A stretch of DNA of 64,000 nt from a virus. The notes beneath the pieces were generated by a model, which searched no databases, was not told where the DNA came from, and was given only the letters and a program-made list of their open reading frames with translations. Below are positions 1 through 10,694 of the stretch, in pieces (the first letter of the stretch is position 1; each line of letters begins with the position of its first letter). The position numbers and the translations under genes are program-made. The stretch covers positions 1 through 64,000 of the IMG/VR virus record IMGVR_UViG_3300018044_000001; one strand, given 5' to 3'.

Positions 1-25
1 CTGAACTTTCTGCAAAGGAGGAGTA

Positions 26-688
26 GTGTCAACGTACTATAAGTGGCTCAATCCTGGCCGTATCACTACGTACCAATCGGTCAAGTGGCCGAAGCGGGTT
101 GGATCTTGGACGCCAGATACAAAGCCATTGCTTTGTCAATCGGGATGGCACCTCGCGACCCATCAGGGCATAGGCGAGCACGCCCGAGTCGGTGCCGTCC
201 TCTGGATTGCAGAGGGACGAGGGACGCAGGACGCTCAAGACGACAAGATCGCGTTTACCTCTGCACGGCTCGTGAGCCAGGTCGGGACACTAACGCAACC
301 CATTGCCGTCCAGTGGGCGGCTGAGTGTGCCAAGCGGGTGCTGAAGCACTACGAGGACAAGTATCCCGATGACAAGCGCCCACGCGAGGCGATCGACGCG
401 GCGATCAGGTGGGCGAAAGACCCGACGCAGGCAAATCGAGACGCCGCCTACGCCGCCGCCGACGCCGCCGCCCACGCCGCCTACGCCGCCGCCGCCGACG
501 CCGCCTACGCCGCCGCCTACGCCGCCGCCGCCGCCGCCGACGCCGCCTACGCCGCCGCCCACGCCGCCTACGCCGCCTACGCCGCCGCCGCCGCCGCCCA
601 CGCCGCCCTTTTACAAGCAAGAAACGCCGAACGTAAATGGCAGTCAGACCGTCTTTTGGCGCTGCTTGCAGCGGCGAAACAGGGATGA
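26..688 (+). CDS. phage protein with Imm5-like segment and low-complexity Ala/Tyr repeat
   Basis: AGGAGG RBS before GTG; WAAECAKRVL..DDKRPREAIDAA followed by (AAYAAA)n encoded by GCC/TAC repeats. Confidence 0.7.
   Translation: MSTYYKWLNPGRITTYQSVKWPKRVGSWTPDTKPLLCQSGWHLATHQGIGEHARVGAVLWIAEGRGTQDAQDDKIAFTSARLVSQVGTLTQPIAVQWAAECAKRVLKHYEDKYPDDKRPREAIDAAIRWAKDPTQANRDAAYAAADAAAHAAYAAAADAAYAAAYAAAAAADAAYAAAHAAYAAYAAAAAAHAALLQARNAERKWQSDRLLALLAAAKQG
440..608 (+). repeat. GCC-rich coding microsatellite (ACGCCGCC units)
   Basis: tandem gacgccgcctacgccgcc-type units in the sequence. Confidence 0.9.
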
Positions 689-980
689 CTGCCGTTGTCA
701 CAACCAAGTCAAGTGATCCCGCAACACCATCAGTCTGGCAGCGTGTGATCAAACGATTGCGGAAAGGATAGGACATGAAGTGGTCAGACGCACCTAGCGA
801 TCTACGTACAGGCGACGGGCAACCCATTTTGTGCAAGTCATACTGGTGGGATGACGCAACACGTGTGCGCACCGGTCCATGCAACAAACCAACTACACGC
901 GTTTATGGCAACGACGAGGGTGGCACCTTCTTCTGTCCTGAATGTGCGATATTCTGGGGCGACAGAGAAGGATCTACTTG

Positions 981-1406
981 ATGTCTGAAAGCAGCAACTT
1001 TCTCCCAGAACCCAAACCGCAGCCGATCATTAAGCGCGACACGGGCACGGTTGACACGCCCGCATTCGCCAGGCAGTATCTAGGTGGCAACAAAGCGTTG
1101 CTAGACGACATGTTCGGTGATGAACCAGGACAAGCGGAACGCAGGGCACGATTTGACGCAGCCATGAGACGGTCAACGGCTGACGGAAACAAGAACGCGG
1201 CAATCTTCTACGCCAAGAGACAGGCCAGAGCGTTATTGGAGGCATGCAGGTCTGGCGACAAGGCGGCGATGAATGACGCTTGGTCTACCGTCCGCGATAT
1301 GGATGGAGCGTTCAACGTGGTCTTGCAGTTAGTGGTGACGTTGGCCGAACTGACAGACGAGCATCATGACGAGCCAGAAGAACTGGACGCTTTGGAGGAA
1401 TCGTGA
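981..1406 (+). CDS. hypothetical protein (starts MSESSNFL across a GAAAG-N6-CTTTC site)
   Basis: TGATG coupling with upstream ORF; ORF track. Confidence 0.65.
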   Translation: MSESSNFLPEPKPQPIIKRDTGTVDTPAFARQYLGGNKALLDDMFGDEPGQAERRARFDAAMRRSTADGNKNAAIFYAKRQARALLEACRSGDKAAMNDAWSTVRDMDGAFNVVLQLVVTLAELTDEHHDEPEELDALEES

Positions 1407-1699
1407 ACGACGCTGAGCGCCTGGCACAGATCAAGAGCATCAACGAGGGCTACCGTACCAAGCCGTGTTGCAAGGGTGGCTACGAGTGTGTGGAGGCTAT
1501 TGACTACCTGTTGGCGCGCGTCGAGTGGCTGACTGATGAAAATGCAGGATTATGGTCAGGCGTTGTTGCCGAGGCGAACAGGCAGGCGCGGCTGATTGAA
1601 CTGTTGGAGCGTGTTGAGACCGTTGGCAACGACTGGCCCAGTTTTTTGTGCTCAGAATTGCACGCAGACATCCGTAACGAGTTAGAAGGAGAGACATGA
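1403..1699 (+). CDS. hypothetical protein
   Basis: GTGA/ATGA overlaps with both neighbours. Confidence 0.6.
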   Translation: MNDAERLAQIKSINEGYRTKPCCKGGYECVEAIDYLLARVEWLTDENAGLWSGVVAEANRQARLIELLERVETVGNDWPSFLCSELHADIRNELEGET

Positions 1700-2799
1700 A
1701 GTTTGCTGCCGAACGAGACACATTACTCAAGTCCATCGCCGCCGCAGGACGCGCAGCAGGTGGCGGCATCATGGGCGACACGCCCGCGCTACATCTCTCG
1801 CTGGTGGGTGACTGCCTGACGACGCGTGGTGCCGATCCGGACCTGACCATCAGGTCCGCGTGCGCAGTGGATGGTACCAAGGATGGCACTGTCGTAGTCC
1901 CGGCACGACTCACCATTGAGATTGTCAAGTCGTTCGGACCCGGCGCTGTTGTGCTGACGGTCGCAGACGACGTGGCTATCACATCGGGTCGTGCCGAGTT
2001 CCACGTACGTTCGCTTGACGGCGTGACATTACCCGAGCACGACGCACCAGAAGGCATGGTCGCTATTGATGCCGTGCCGTTTGTCGAGGGACTGCGGCAG
2101 GTGGTGCGTGCTGCACTCAAGGACGATTCCAGAGCACCGACGTTGACCGGCGTGCTGGCAGTACAGACAGACACAGGGTTACGCTTGGTTGCGACGGACT
2201 CGTATCGGCTGGCGGTGAAGGACATACCCGGCATTACTGCGGTGAGTGACGCGGCGGGTGTGATCCTTCCGTCACGTGCGTTGTCCGAGGTACAGCATCT
2301 GATCGGTAACGATTTGGACACTATAGCGTTCGGCAGTACGAAACTGGACGCGGTATTCGCAATAGACGGCACGACGCTGACGACGCGGCTGATCAACGGG
2401 CAGTACCCGGATTACCAGAGATTGCTGCCAGCGTCGTATCCGTACTCGTTCGTCGCTAACAGGATGGAACTACTGGAAGCGATCAAGCGTGTGCGCGTCA
2501 TCATACGTGACGCGAAGGACGCGACAACTCCTGTTCGTCTAGCGTTGACCGATGCCGGAATGATGATAGAGGTACAGATACCAGAGACAGGCAACGCGAC
2601 TGATATCGTCAACGGCAAGTTCGAGGGCGATGAAATCAACGTCGCGTTCAATCCGACGTACCTGATCGACGGGCTGGACGCGGTGGCAACGGATGACGTG
2701 GTGCTACAGGTCATCAATTCGGTCAAGCCTGCGACGCTCAAGGGCGTTGACGACGATAGCTACTTGTACCTGCTGATGCCGGTGAAGGTGTCGTCGTGA
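1696..2799 (+). CDS. dnaN: DNA polymerase III beta sliding clamp
   Basis: 367 aa; LVATDSYRLA, TRLINGQYPDYQRLLP, AFNPTYLIDGL and C-terminal YLLMPV motifs. Confidence 0.95.
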   Translation: MKFAAERDTLLKSIAAAGRAAGGGIMGDTPALHLSLVGDCLTTRGADPDLTIRSACAVDGTKDGTVVVPARLTIEIVKSFGPGAVVLTVADDVAITSGRAEFHVRSLDGVTLPEHDAPEGMVAIDAVPFVEGLRQVVRAALKDDSRAPTLTGVLAVQTDTGLRLVATDSYRLAVKDIPGITAVSDAAGVILPSRALSEVQHLIGNDLDTIAFGSTKLDAVFAIDGTTLTTRLINGQYPDYQRLLPASYPYSFVANRMELLEAIKRVRVIIRDAKDATTPVRLALTDAGMMIEVQIPETGNATDIVNGKFEGDEINVAFNPTYLIDGLDAVATDDVVLQVINSVKPATLKGVDDDSYLYLLMPVKVSS

Positions 2800-3451
2800 G
2801 AATCGTCGGCGGTCCCTTCAATGGCAAGTATGCTGATGACGAAGAGGTTGGCATGCAGTTGGACTTTCCTGGTCGCAGCAAGATAGACAGCACGTGGTAC
2901 GATGTGGATCATCTGTACGAGGTGCAAGAGGACGGGACCGCGGTGTACCAGTTCAGCCAGTTTGAGTGGAGGGAGGGGATCAAGTGATCGGCAATGCCGG
3001 ACCATTTGGTCACTGGCACTACGATGACCCGCACAATGAAATCGCCGTGCTTAAGTCTGAGGTTGACGATCTGCAGCGGAAGGTCGCGGAGCTTGAGCGG
3101 GAGAACGAGCAACTACTCGCACTGCTGGTAACCGAGTACCTTGCAGCTTTTGAGGAGTCGGACGAGCCATGACCATCCTCGCGTGGGTTTTCTGTGGTGC
3201 CATCGCCGGGGTAGTTGCATACGTCCTCTGCGAGTGGTATTATGAGCGGCACGGAAAGGAGTTGTGATGAGACTCGTCAGACGTGTTGCCGTGGCAGCCG
3301 CAGTTATAGTCGCTATACTCTATGCGATGACGTACGGGCCGAGACTGATCGCAGTCATACTCGGGTGCGCGTTCGTCGGCATTCTCGTGCTTGCCATCGT
3401 TGACAATCAGTTGCAGGGGCGGCGGCAGATGGTGAAGGGACGGTCAACGTG

Positions 3452-3622
3452 ATGGCAGGAAGTCAGCCCTTTCAACACCTAGGCGAAGTAGTGTGGGAAC
3501 TGGTCATAGCGGCTTACACCTTGGGTGCATCTTGGCGATGGCATTGGTTGGCAATCGTCGCTTGTGTTTGCATGATTCGAGCGGCATGGTTAATCCTGAT
3601 TCGAAGGGTGCGACTACCGTGA
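3452..3622 (+). CDS. small hydrophobic protein lying between two palindromic sites
   Basis: manual translation MAGSQPFQHLGEVVWELVIAAYTLGASWRWHWLAIVACVCMIRAAWLILIRRVRLP; coupled at both ends; too short for the ORF track. Confidence 0.5.
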   Translation: MAGSQPFQHLGEVVWELVIAAYTLGASWRWHWLAIVACVCMIRAAWLILIRRVRLP

Positions 3623-3924
3623 CCGAAAGCCGAAACTTTCACCATCTGTGGCACAACTGGTATTGGTACCGCACTCATGGTGCGGGCGCGGGTGAGTTCA
3701 TGTACGCCAAATGTACAGTCTGCTCTGCGGAAAAACCCGTGCGGTGGGTACGCAGTACGGACATGCATCGTGCACAGATTGCCGCTATGAACCGTTCCCG
3801 TCCGCCATCATCATCAGAACCACCAAAACGGCCCAGACCATCAAGCGTTGTGATACCACCGATTGATTTTGATACGCCTACGGGCGACCCGATGGTGATT
3901 CATCGCAGGACGTTCTACCCATGA
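3619..3924 (+). CDS. hypothetical protein (MTESRNF start; C-terminal PIDFDTPTGDP module)
   Basis: GTG start overlapping upstream stop. Confidence 0.55.
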   Translation: MTESRNFHHLWHNWYWYRTHGAGAGEFMYAKCTVCSAEKPVRWVRSTDMHRAQIAAMNRSRPPSSSEPPKRPRPSSVVIPPIDFDTPTGDPMVIHRRTFYP

Positions 3925-3946
3925 CCGAAAGCAAGCACTTTCTGCA

Positions 3947-4605
3947 ATGAAACCGTACTACCAGGATGGCCTCGTGACGCTTTATCATGGCGACAGTGCA
4001 GAGATCATCCCAACGCTGGATCGCGTAACGTTGACGATTACAGACCCGCCATATGCCAACAACACACCGTATGACACATACGATGACACGCCCGAAAATC
4101 TAGTGGCACTGATTGCGTCGGTGATCGTACCCGCAATTGCGTTAGCAAAGCGTGCGTTGATCACACCAGGGAACAGTAACGTTCATTTGTATCCTGTACC
4201 GACGTGGACCCTTGCATGGGTCGTCCCGTCCGGCGTGGGACGTAGCCCGTGGGGTTTTACGTGCTGGCAGCCCGTGCTCGCTTATGGGTCTGACCCATAC
4301 TTGGCGGCAGGACTTGGAGCGCGCCCCGACATTTTCACTGGATCGGAAGGAGCGCCGCACAACGGTCACCCGTGTCCTAAGCCCATCGAGATTTGGCAGC
4401 GGATCATTACGCGCGGTAGCGTGTCCACTGATGACGTTCTGTTTGATCCATTCGTGGGGGGGGTACAACCCTTGTGGCAGCTAAACAACTAGGCCGTCGA
4501 GCCATCGGCATCGAACTGTCTGAACGATACTGTGAGATCGCGGCAGGCCAGCTTGCACAAGGGTCGCTATTCGAGTTATCCGAAAGGAGGACCTTTCAAC
4601 AGTGA
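3947..4605 (+). pseudogene. N6A/N4C DNA methyltransferase, frameshifted at G8 tract (4456-4463)
   Basis: LYHGDS, TDPPY, HPCPKP, DPFVGG; one extra G restores [30 protein letters not shown] to TGA at 4603-4605. Confidence 0.85.
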
Positions 4606-5066
4606 ACATGGACGCGCTGGTCCGTGAGGTGTATGCTGCCAGAGATGCACGCAGGTGCGGTTGGTCACGTCACAAGACAAAGGGGAGAACCATGCAACCG
4701 AAGGTGCACCAGCGTCCTGTTGAACTACCCGATTACGCGCGGCACTGTTCACCAAGTACGCAGCCGCCCATCGTTCACGCACCGTGCGAGCGTGTACCGT
4801 TCGATCCTGATGCCGCACGTGCCCGTGCCGCGGAGTGGGCGTTGGACATCGTTGACATCCGTAGGCAGAAGGTGGTAAGGTACACCTATGACACCTGAAG
4901 AGGTTGACGAGCTGTACAGCAGGGTGCACGGGGTGCAGAATGACCTCGTGGCGTTGCTGAGCACGGAGGACCGGTACAAGGATCTGCTCATCGAGAACGC
5001 GCTGATGAACATTGGCAGGGCGATCGAACTGGCAGCGAAGTTACTGGGCGAGATGGAGGCGGAAGA

Positions 5067-5360
5067 GTGAAGACGCGGAGCATTGAGAAGACGATTGATG
5101 AGGCCGCTGACATCGCCGCTCCTGTGTTTGTCGCGCAGGACTGGCGGTACGGCGGGTGGTTCGATGAGCCAAGTCACGTGCCGACGAAGGCAGAGATTGT
5201 TGAGAAGGTGCAGCATCTCGTCAATAGCGTACAAGATCCACGGGTTGACAATACTGCAACGGGTCGGTTCGTGGTACAGAAGATACACGAAAACGAACGT
5301 GACCAGACTGACGGCATCTGTATCTTGCTGGATCTGGGCTCGTTCTATTTCTATCGGTAG
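5067..5360 (+). CDS. hypothetical protein
   Basis: ORF track; GTGA overlap. Confidence 0.55.
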   Translation: MKTRSIEKTIDEAADIAAPVFVAQDWRYGGWFDEPSHVPTKAEIVEKVQHLVNSVQDPRVDNTATGRFVVQKIHENERDQTDGICILLDLGSFYFYR

Positions 5361-5658
5361 ACGAAAGCAGACGACATGACGGTCAATGGGAAAAAAACGT
5401 TGGTCGCACAACCCGTAACGCTGGAGAGTCACGATCACACCGAGTTTGATGGCATTGTGATCGCATTCATGGCTGTCTTCCTGCTGTTGTTCGTGTTGTG
5501 CTTGGTGATGGTGGCACTGGGTGCGGTGGGATGGGGTGACGACGCCGGACTCAGACACTGTATTGCACTACACCCGCACGCTGTCACGCAGTGTCTGACG
5601 AAGGTTTACGGTCACTAACAGGTTGAAAGTCTAGGCTTTCGGCAGAAGGGCATCATTC

Positions 5659-6096
5659 ATGGACAGCGAAGAGTTGTTGGATCTCATATCACGAGAGGAC
5701 GGCATGGTCGTTTATAACCTGACAATGCCTCGTAGTGCATTTCCAGACGAGGAAACGTACCAGAAGGCACTTGCGTCACAGACGAGGGAGTATGCTGCTC
5801 CGACTGATGACATTGACATCACCGGTCTTGACAAGACGGACGTGCTAATAGCGCTCTACAGGCCCGCACGCAAAGTGGGCATGGGGTTTCTGTCTGGCGA
5901 CCTCACTGATGACGAGATTCGATCATTCGTCGCGAACTATCAGGGGGGCCGTGGTGAGTTCCCTTACATCGACTACCTCGGTGGCAAGCCGCTGAAGGTC
6001 GACCTTACGGGCGATACGTTCAACGGACGCTTGTATGACCGTGACCAGGGTGTTGGTGCAGCACGCCGTGCCGTGGATGGTTTGCGGCATCAGTGA
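5659..6096 (+). CDS. phage hypothetical protein
   Basis: IDITGLDKTDVLIALY..GMGFL..YIDYLGGKPLKVDL..RLYDRDQG pattern; flanked by two palindromic sites. Confidence 0.65.
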   Translation: MDSEELLDLISREDGMVVYNLTMPRSAFPDEETYQKALASQTREYAAPTDDIDITGLDKTDVLIALYRPARKVGMGFLSGDLTDDEIRSFVANYQGGRGEFPYIDYLGGKPLKVDLTGDTFNGRLYDRDQGVGAARRAVDGLRHQ

Positions 6097-6129
6097 TGAA
6101 AGTTACGCATTTCAACCAAGGGAGACAAC

Positions 6130-6474
6130 GTGGAATCTGATCTAGACGCAGTGATTCGGCGTGCAGACGCATGGCTAGACGGCAGCGTTGACGGACGTTA
6201 CAAGGACGAGCCACTAGGGCAGGATTGGGCGCGCGTTGCTAAGGTATGCGAGGAAGCGGGCGAGGCGATCAGTGCGCTGATCGGATACACAGGTCAAAAC
6301 CCACGCAAAGGCAATACGCACGTGCTGGACCAAGTGTTAGGTGAGCTGGCCGACGTGGTGTGTACCGGTACGCTTGCTATTCAACATTTCACCAAGAACA
6401 CAACCTGGACCGATCAAATCATCAAGGCGTCGTTCGATAAACTGCGGACTCGGATACCTGATGAGTACGTCTGA
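6130..6474 (+). CDS. MazG-like nucleotide pyrophosphohydrolase
   Basis: KVCEEAGE and ELADVV motifs, GQNPRKG. Confidence 0.85.
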   Translation: MESDLDAVIRRADAWLDGSVDGRYKDEPLGQDWARVAKVCEEAGEAISALIGYTGQNPRKGNTHVLDQVLGELADVVCTGTLAIQHFTKNTTWTDQIIKASFDKLRTRIPDEYV

Positions 6475-6492
6475 AAGCTTCGGCTTTCTACC

Positions 6493-7749
6493 GTGACAGC
6501 CGATCTCATCATCGCCGACGTGTTCGACGGCATCGCCTCGCTCCCCGACAACTCGGTGGACCTGGTGATGACCTCGCCGCCCTTCCTCGCTCTCCGCTCG
6601 TACCTACCAGCGGATCATCCCGACAAGGCGAAGGAGATCGGCTCCGAGGCCACGCCCGCGGACTTCCTCGACACCCTGCTCGACGTGGTGGAGGCCATCA
6701 CCCCGAAGCTCACGCGCACGGCGAGCGTCTGTTCCGAGTTGGGGGACACCTACTCAGGGAGCGGTGGCGCGGGCGGGGACTACGGCGAGGACGGGCTGCG
6801 TGAAGGCGCCCCGAAGTTCAACGGGTCGGCTCGCGCTGCCAAGAAGAACCCGCGCCGAGACAAGGGCGAGGACATCGCGCTCGGCATCGTTGGCACGACA
6901 AGTGGCGACAGAGCGAAGTCGAACCCCGACGCGTGGCCCCTCGACAAGTCCCTGTGTGGCATCCCCACCCTGTTCGCGTGGTCCCTCGCCTACGGCCGTA
7001 ACCTGCTCCGTCCCGAGCGCCTGACGCCTCACTGGCGCATCCGCAACGTCATCGTGTGGGCGCGGCCGAACCCGCCCGTGGGTGCGTTAGGGGACAAGTT
7101 CCGTCCCGCCACGAGCTACCTGACTGTCGCGTGCAAGGCGCGGGACCGGTGGTTCGACCAAGATGCCGTGCGAGTGCCTGCCGCTCGCGAAGGCTGGACC
7201 ACGATTGACCCGCGGATGCGCGGCGATGTGCCATTTGGTGAACCACACAGCACGGTACGTGTCGAAATTCCATCGTCGGCCCCCCTCCTTGACTACTGGG
7301 AGATACCGACGCAGCCCTACCGGGGCGCACACTACGCCACGTGGCCAGAACGTCTCGTCGTGCCTGTCGTATTGTCCATGTGCCCCGAGCGTGTGTGCCG
7401 GACGTGTGGGGAACCAAGCAATCGGATTGTGAACAATCCAAATGCAAACAGCGGCTACGACGAGGTGACCGACAAGGCAACAAGGCACGCTGCCTACGTT
7501 GAGACAGTGCACAATACCATTGGCTGGACTGACTGCGACTGCTCCGATGATCGCAACCCGTCCATGGGCCTGCTCGGCAAGTGGCGCCCCGGAGTAGTCC
7601 TCGATCCCTTCTGCGGCTCAGGAACGACCTTGCAGGTGGCGACGCGACTCGGGAGAGACGCTGTGGGCATTGACATTGACCCGCGGAACGAGAAGCTGAT
7701 TTGTGATAGGGTAGGGCTGTTCATGGGAGACGTGAGGAAGGTCGGATGA
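6493..7749 (+). CDS. N4C/N6A DNA methyltransferase (beta class)
   Basis: TSPPF catalytic motif, HYATWPERL, VLDPFCGSGTT SAM-binding motif. Confidence 0.9.
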   Translation: MTADLIIADVFDGIASLPDNSVDLVMTSPPFLALRSYLPADHPDKAKEIGSEATPADFLDTLLDVVEAITPKLTRTASVCSELGDTYSGSGGAGGDYGEDGLREGAPKFNGSARAAKKNPRRDKGEDIALGIVGTTSGDRAKSNPDAWPLDKSLCGIPTLFAWSLAYGRNLLRPERLTPHWRIRNVIVWARPNPPVGALGDKFRPATSYLTVACKARDRWFDQDAVRVPAAREGWTTIDPRMRGDVPFGEPHSTVRVEIPSSAPLLDYWEIPTQPYRGAHYATWPERLVVPVVLSMCPERVCRTCGEPSNRIVNNPNANSGYDEVTDKATRHAAYVETVHNTIGWTDCDCSDDRNPSMGLLGKWRPGVVLDPFCGSGTTLQVATRLGRDAVGIDIDPRNEKLICDRVGLFMGDVRKVG

Positions 7750-7773
7750 TGCAGAAAGTGTTGGCTTTCAACT

Positions 7774-8127
7774 ATGGGTAATCTGCGAGCAAAAGCCGAA
7801 GCGGCTCAGGCGGCGTGGGACACTTACGACTACGATGTTGAATGCGCTAAGGACCGCGCGAGGTACGACGATATGGTGAACAGGAGCGGTGACGCTGACG
7901 ATTCTGACTTTTCGCCGTGGTTTCCGCCTATACGAAAGTCAGGTCCGTCACTCACCTGTCTGTCGCCTCATCGTATCCTAGAACTATTGGACCTGATTGA
8001 TGGCTTGGCTGGACTGGTTCAGCGATCGATACCGATGGCGGGACCAGCCACCGAGTATGAAGCGTGGGATCGTTGGCACAAGGATCGCGAGGCACTGATT
8101 TTCAAGATGAGCGAGATGGAGTTGTGA
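7774..8127 (+). CDS. hypothetical protein
   Basis: ORF bounded by sites at 7754 and 8126. Confidence 0.55.
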   Translation: MGNLRAKAEAAQAAWDTYDYDVECAKDRARYDDMVNRSGDADDSDFSPWFPPIRKSGPSLTCLSPHRILELLDLIDGLAGLVQRSIPMAGPATEYEAWDRWHKDREALIFKMSEMEL

Positions 8128-8462
8128 AAGTGCCCACTTTCAGACGGAAGAAAAGGCCAACCGGTAAGTATCCGAAGCGACCATCTAAGTATCCGAAGCG
8201 ACCATCTAGTTACACGACGCCATGTAGCGAGTTCCTGACTGGACGCAATGGGCACGTAAGCGTGGCGTGCCTAGAGGGATGGCGGGCCTTGTTCGACTAC
8301 ATTGAAAGCAAGCAAGACATGATCGACGTTCGGAACGGACTAACCGCGATTTTAGAGGACGACGACGACCGCAGCGGCACGAAGGTGCATCTGTCCCCGA
8401 TAGACTTCGACACACCTACGGGCGACCCAGTGGTGATCCATCGGAGGGCATTTTACCCATGA
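8124..8462 (+). CDS. hypothetical protein with 21-bp tandem duplication and PIDFDTPTGDP C-terminus
   Basis: taagtatccgaagcgaccatc x2 at 8165-8206; coupled start and stop. Confidence 0.5.
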   Translation: MKVPTFRRKKRPTGKYPKRPSKYPKRPSSYTTPCSEFLTGRNGHVSVACLEGWRALFDYIESKQDMIDVRNGLTAILEDDDDRSGTKVHLSPIDFDTPTGDPVVIHRRAFYP

Positions 8463-8833
8463 CCGAAGGCGCTGACTTTCTACCGGAGGACGATGAACTC
8501 CTATCACGACTGAAGGCTGCGCTGGCGGAGCCTTGCGTTGCTGTGCGACTAGTTCACACCGCGCATGGTGGCTGTGCTGACTTTGATGTGTTGGACCTGT
8601 TGCGCCTCGTCGGGCGACTTGAGGAACTTGAAGCTCGCTGGCGGGGTGCTAAAGAGTTCTTTCAGAAGGAATGCACTCGCCTAGATTTAGAGATTCTGCG
8701 CGGTGAGATGTTCCGTCACTGGGTTGCGGACAACACGCCTATGCCTGGTGAAACATGGAATGGCGATGTGATCGACACCCTGCACCTGATTCACCAGCGT
8801 GCTGTCATCGGAACCGACGAGGCTCCGCTATGA
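8459..8833 (+). CDS. hypothetical protein (MTEGADFL start)
   Basis: ATGA overlaps at both ends. Confidence 0.6.
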   Translation: MTEGADFLPEDDELLSRLKAALAEPCVAVRLVHTAHGGCADFDVLDLLRLVGRLEELEARWRGAKEFFQKECTRLDLEILRGEMFRHWVADNTPMPGETWNGDVIDTLHLIHQRAVIGTDEAPL

Positions 8834-9252
8834 CCGAAAGTTCCTCCTTTCCGCATGCAATTAGTTTAACTGAATTGCTTGCAGACTTCGTTCCATCCCA
8901 CCCTCAACCCTGGACGTGGGATGATGAAGAACACGACATTCTTGGTCGTACGTGCATTTGTTGCGGCGAGGTTGGCCACTACATGTCGCAACTTGAATCT
9001 TATCTCCTAAAGCGCGGACTTACCGAAGGCGTCTGTCTTGATTTTAACGAGCATCGTGTCCGCGACGGTCATCACAGGATCGTTGCTGCACGACGATTAG
9101 GCATTGATCGCGTTCCTTGGGAGTCACCAGAGCAAGCAACAGAGCGATGGATTCGTGACGAGGGACACGTTGATTGGCATGACCGTCAACATGGTGATCG
9201 CTCAGCGTGGGAACACGAGTGGCGCAAACGGTGGCGGTCACCTAGTGTCTGA
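8830..9252 (+). CDS. ParB/Srx-like nuclease domain protein
   Basis: VRDGHHRIVAARRLGIDRVP motif. Confidence 0.7.
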   Translation: MTESSSFPHAISLTELLADFVPSHPQPWTWDDEEHDILGRTCICCGEVGHYMSQLESYLLKRGLTEGVCLDFNEHRVRDGHHRIVAARRLGIDRVPWESPEQATERWIRDEGHVDWHDRQHGDRSAWEHEWRKRWRSPSV

Positions 9253-9437
9253 AAGCTCCTGCTTTCAACATCCCGTGCGGTTATGCTGTATGCAGCGTCA
9301 TCTTGGTCCTATTTGCCCCGACGGCAAGGTAATGTGTCAGTTGTGCTACGATAGGTTTGATATGGCCGATCTGTACGTTGACGAGCACGGTGACCGATGG
9401 GATGTCTGTCGGGCATGTCAAGAGAATGACGCGCTCC

Positions 9438-10277
9438 ATGGGTGACAATAGCAAGATCGAATGGACTGACGCGACGTGGAACCCCGTCGTTGGCTGCAAA
9501 GCGGTCAGCCCTGGCTGCGACCACTGCTACGCGGCACGCTATGCATCGCGCAACCTGAGCGACACCTACCGCGGACTAGCAGAGGATGGCGTTTTCAACG
9601 GGACCGTGCGGTGCTTGCCTGAGCGCCTAGACCAGCCGTTGCGGTGGAAACGACCACGGCGTATCTTCGTGAACTCGATGAGCGACCTGTTCCATCCTGA
9701 CGTACCCTACGACTTTATCTGTCGCGTGTTTGCCGTGATGGGCGAGACGGAGGATCGGCACACGTATCAGATTCTCACCAAGCGGCCGCATCGGATGCGG
9801 TCAACGTTAATCCGTCCGTACTTGAGTTTCGAGGATCATCAAACCAACGTCATTGTTGACCTGCCGCTGTCCAACGTCTGGCTCGGCACGAGCATCGAAA
9901 GTGACGAGTACACGTTTCGCGCGAACCACCTGCGAGCTACACCCGCAGCTGTCCGCTTCCTGAGCCTCGAACCCCTGCTCGGGCCGCTACCGTCGCTTGA
10001 CCTGACCGGCATTGACTGGGTGATCGTTGGTGGCGAATCAGGACCGGGCGCGCGACCGATGCACGGTGCGTGGGTGCGAGACATCCGCGATCGGTGCATA
10101 GATGCCAAGATTCCCTTCTTGTTCAAACAGTGGGGCGAGTGGGCACCCGATCTGGCGTTTGACGCCTTCACTGGTGCCTACCTGGGAGAGTTTGACGATG
10201 AATCAATGACCCGCATCGGCAAGAAGGCGGCTGGCCGCGATCTTGATGGTCGGACCTGGGATGAGTACCCGACATGA
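9438..10277 (+). CDS. DUF5131 (phage Gp37/Gp68) family protein
   Basis: [50 protein letters not shown]. Confidence 0.93.
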   Translation: MGDNSKIEWTDATWNPVVGCKAVSPGCDHCYAARYASRNLSDTYRGLAEDGVFNGTVRCLPERLDQPLRWKRPRRIFVNSMSDLFHPDVPYDFICRVFAVMGETEDRHTYQILTKRPHRMRSTLIRPYLSFEDHQTNVIVDLPLSNVWLGTSIESDEYTFRANHLRATPAAVRFLSLEPLLGPLPSLDLTGIDWVIVGGESGPGARPMHGAWVRDIRDRCIDAKIPFLFKQWGEWAPDLAFDAFTGAYLGEFDDESMTRIGKKAAGRDLDGRTWDEYPT

Positions 10278-10645
10278 GAATCCTCGTTTGCGGTGGCCGT
10301 GATTATGCAGATGAGGATGTCGTTGCTCGTGTCCTGACCGATGCCTTCACCTTCTGGATACGTTCGTCCGACGAGCCGTTCGTGATAGTCCACGGTGATG
10401 CCCGTGGTGCCGACCGTTTGGCAGGTGCATGGGCAGATGCGTATCCCGACATTCTTGTCAACGAGCCGCACCCTGCTGATTGGACACGCTACGGCAGACG
10501 TGCCGGACCGATCCGTAATCAAGAGATGTTGGACAGTGGCATTGATCTCGTGATCGCCTTCCCTGGTGGTCGTGGCACTGCTGACATGGTGCATCGTGCT
10601 CGCAAGGCTGGCGTGAAGGTGAAAGAGGTCGTCACCAAGTTGTAA
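10274..10645 (+). CDS. SLOG/YspA-like (DUF2493) protein
   Basis: [39 protein letters not shown]. Confidence 0.9.
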   Translation: MRILVCGGRDYADEDVVARVLTDAFTFWIRSSDEPFVIVHGDARGADRLAGAWADAYPDILVNEPHPADWTRYGRRAGPIRNQEMLDSGIDLVIAFPGGRGTADMVHRARKAGVKVKEVVTKL

Positions 10646-10666
10646 CACGGAATCTCGTCCACCTAG

Positions 10667-10694
10667 TTGACATCGGACGTGGAAGGTGTACGCT
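10667..10694 (+). promoter_or_regulatory. sigma70-type promoter, probably leaderless transcript
   Basis: TTGACA-16 bp-TACGCT with ATG 7 nt downstream at 10701. Confidence 0.55.

Noticed and set aside
290-887. Poly-Gly, poly-Pro and poly-Arg ORFs in other frames over the GCC repeat
   Set aside because: Shadow frames of the Ala-rich repeat in ORF 26-688, which has the RBS and a sensible domain.
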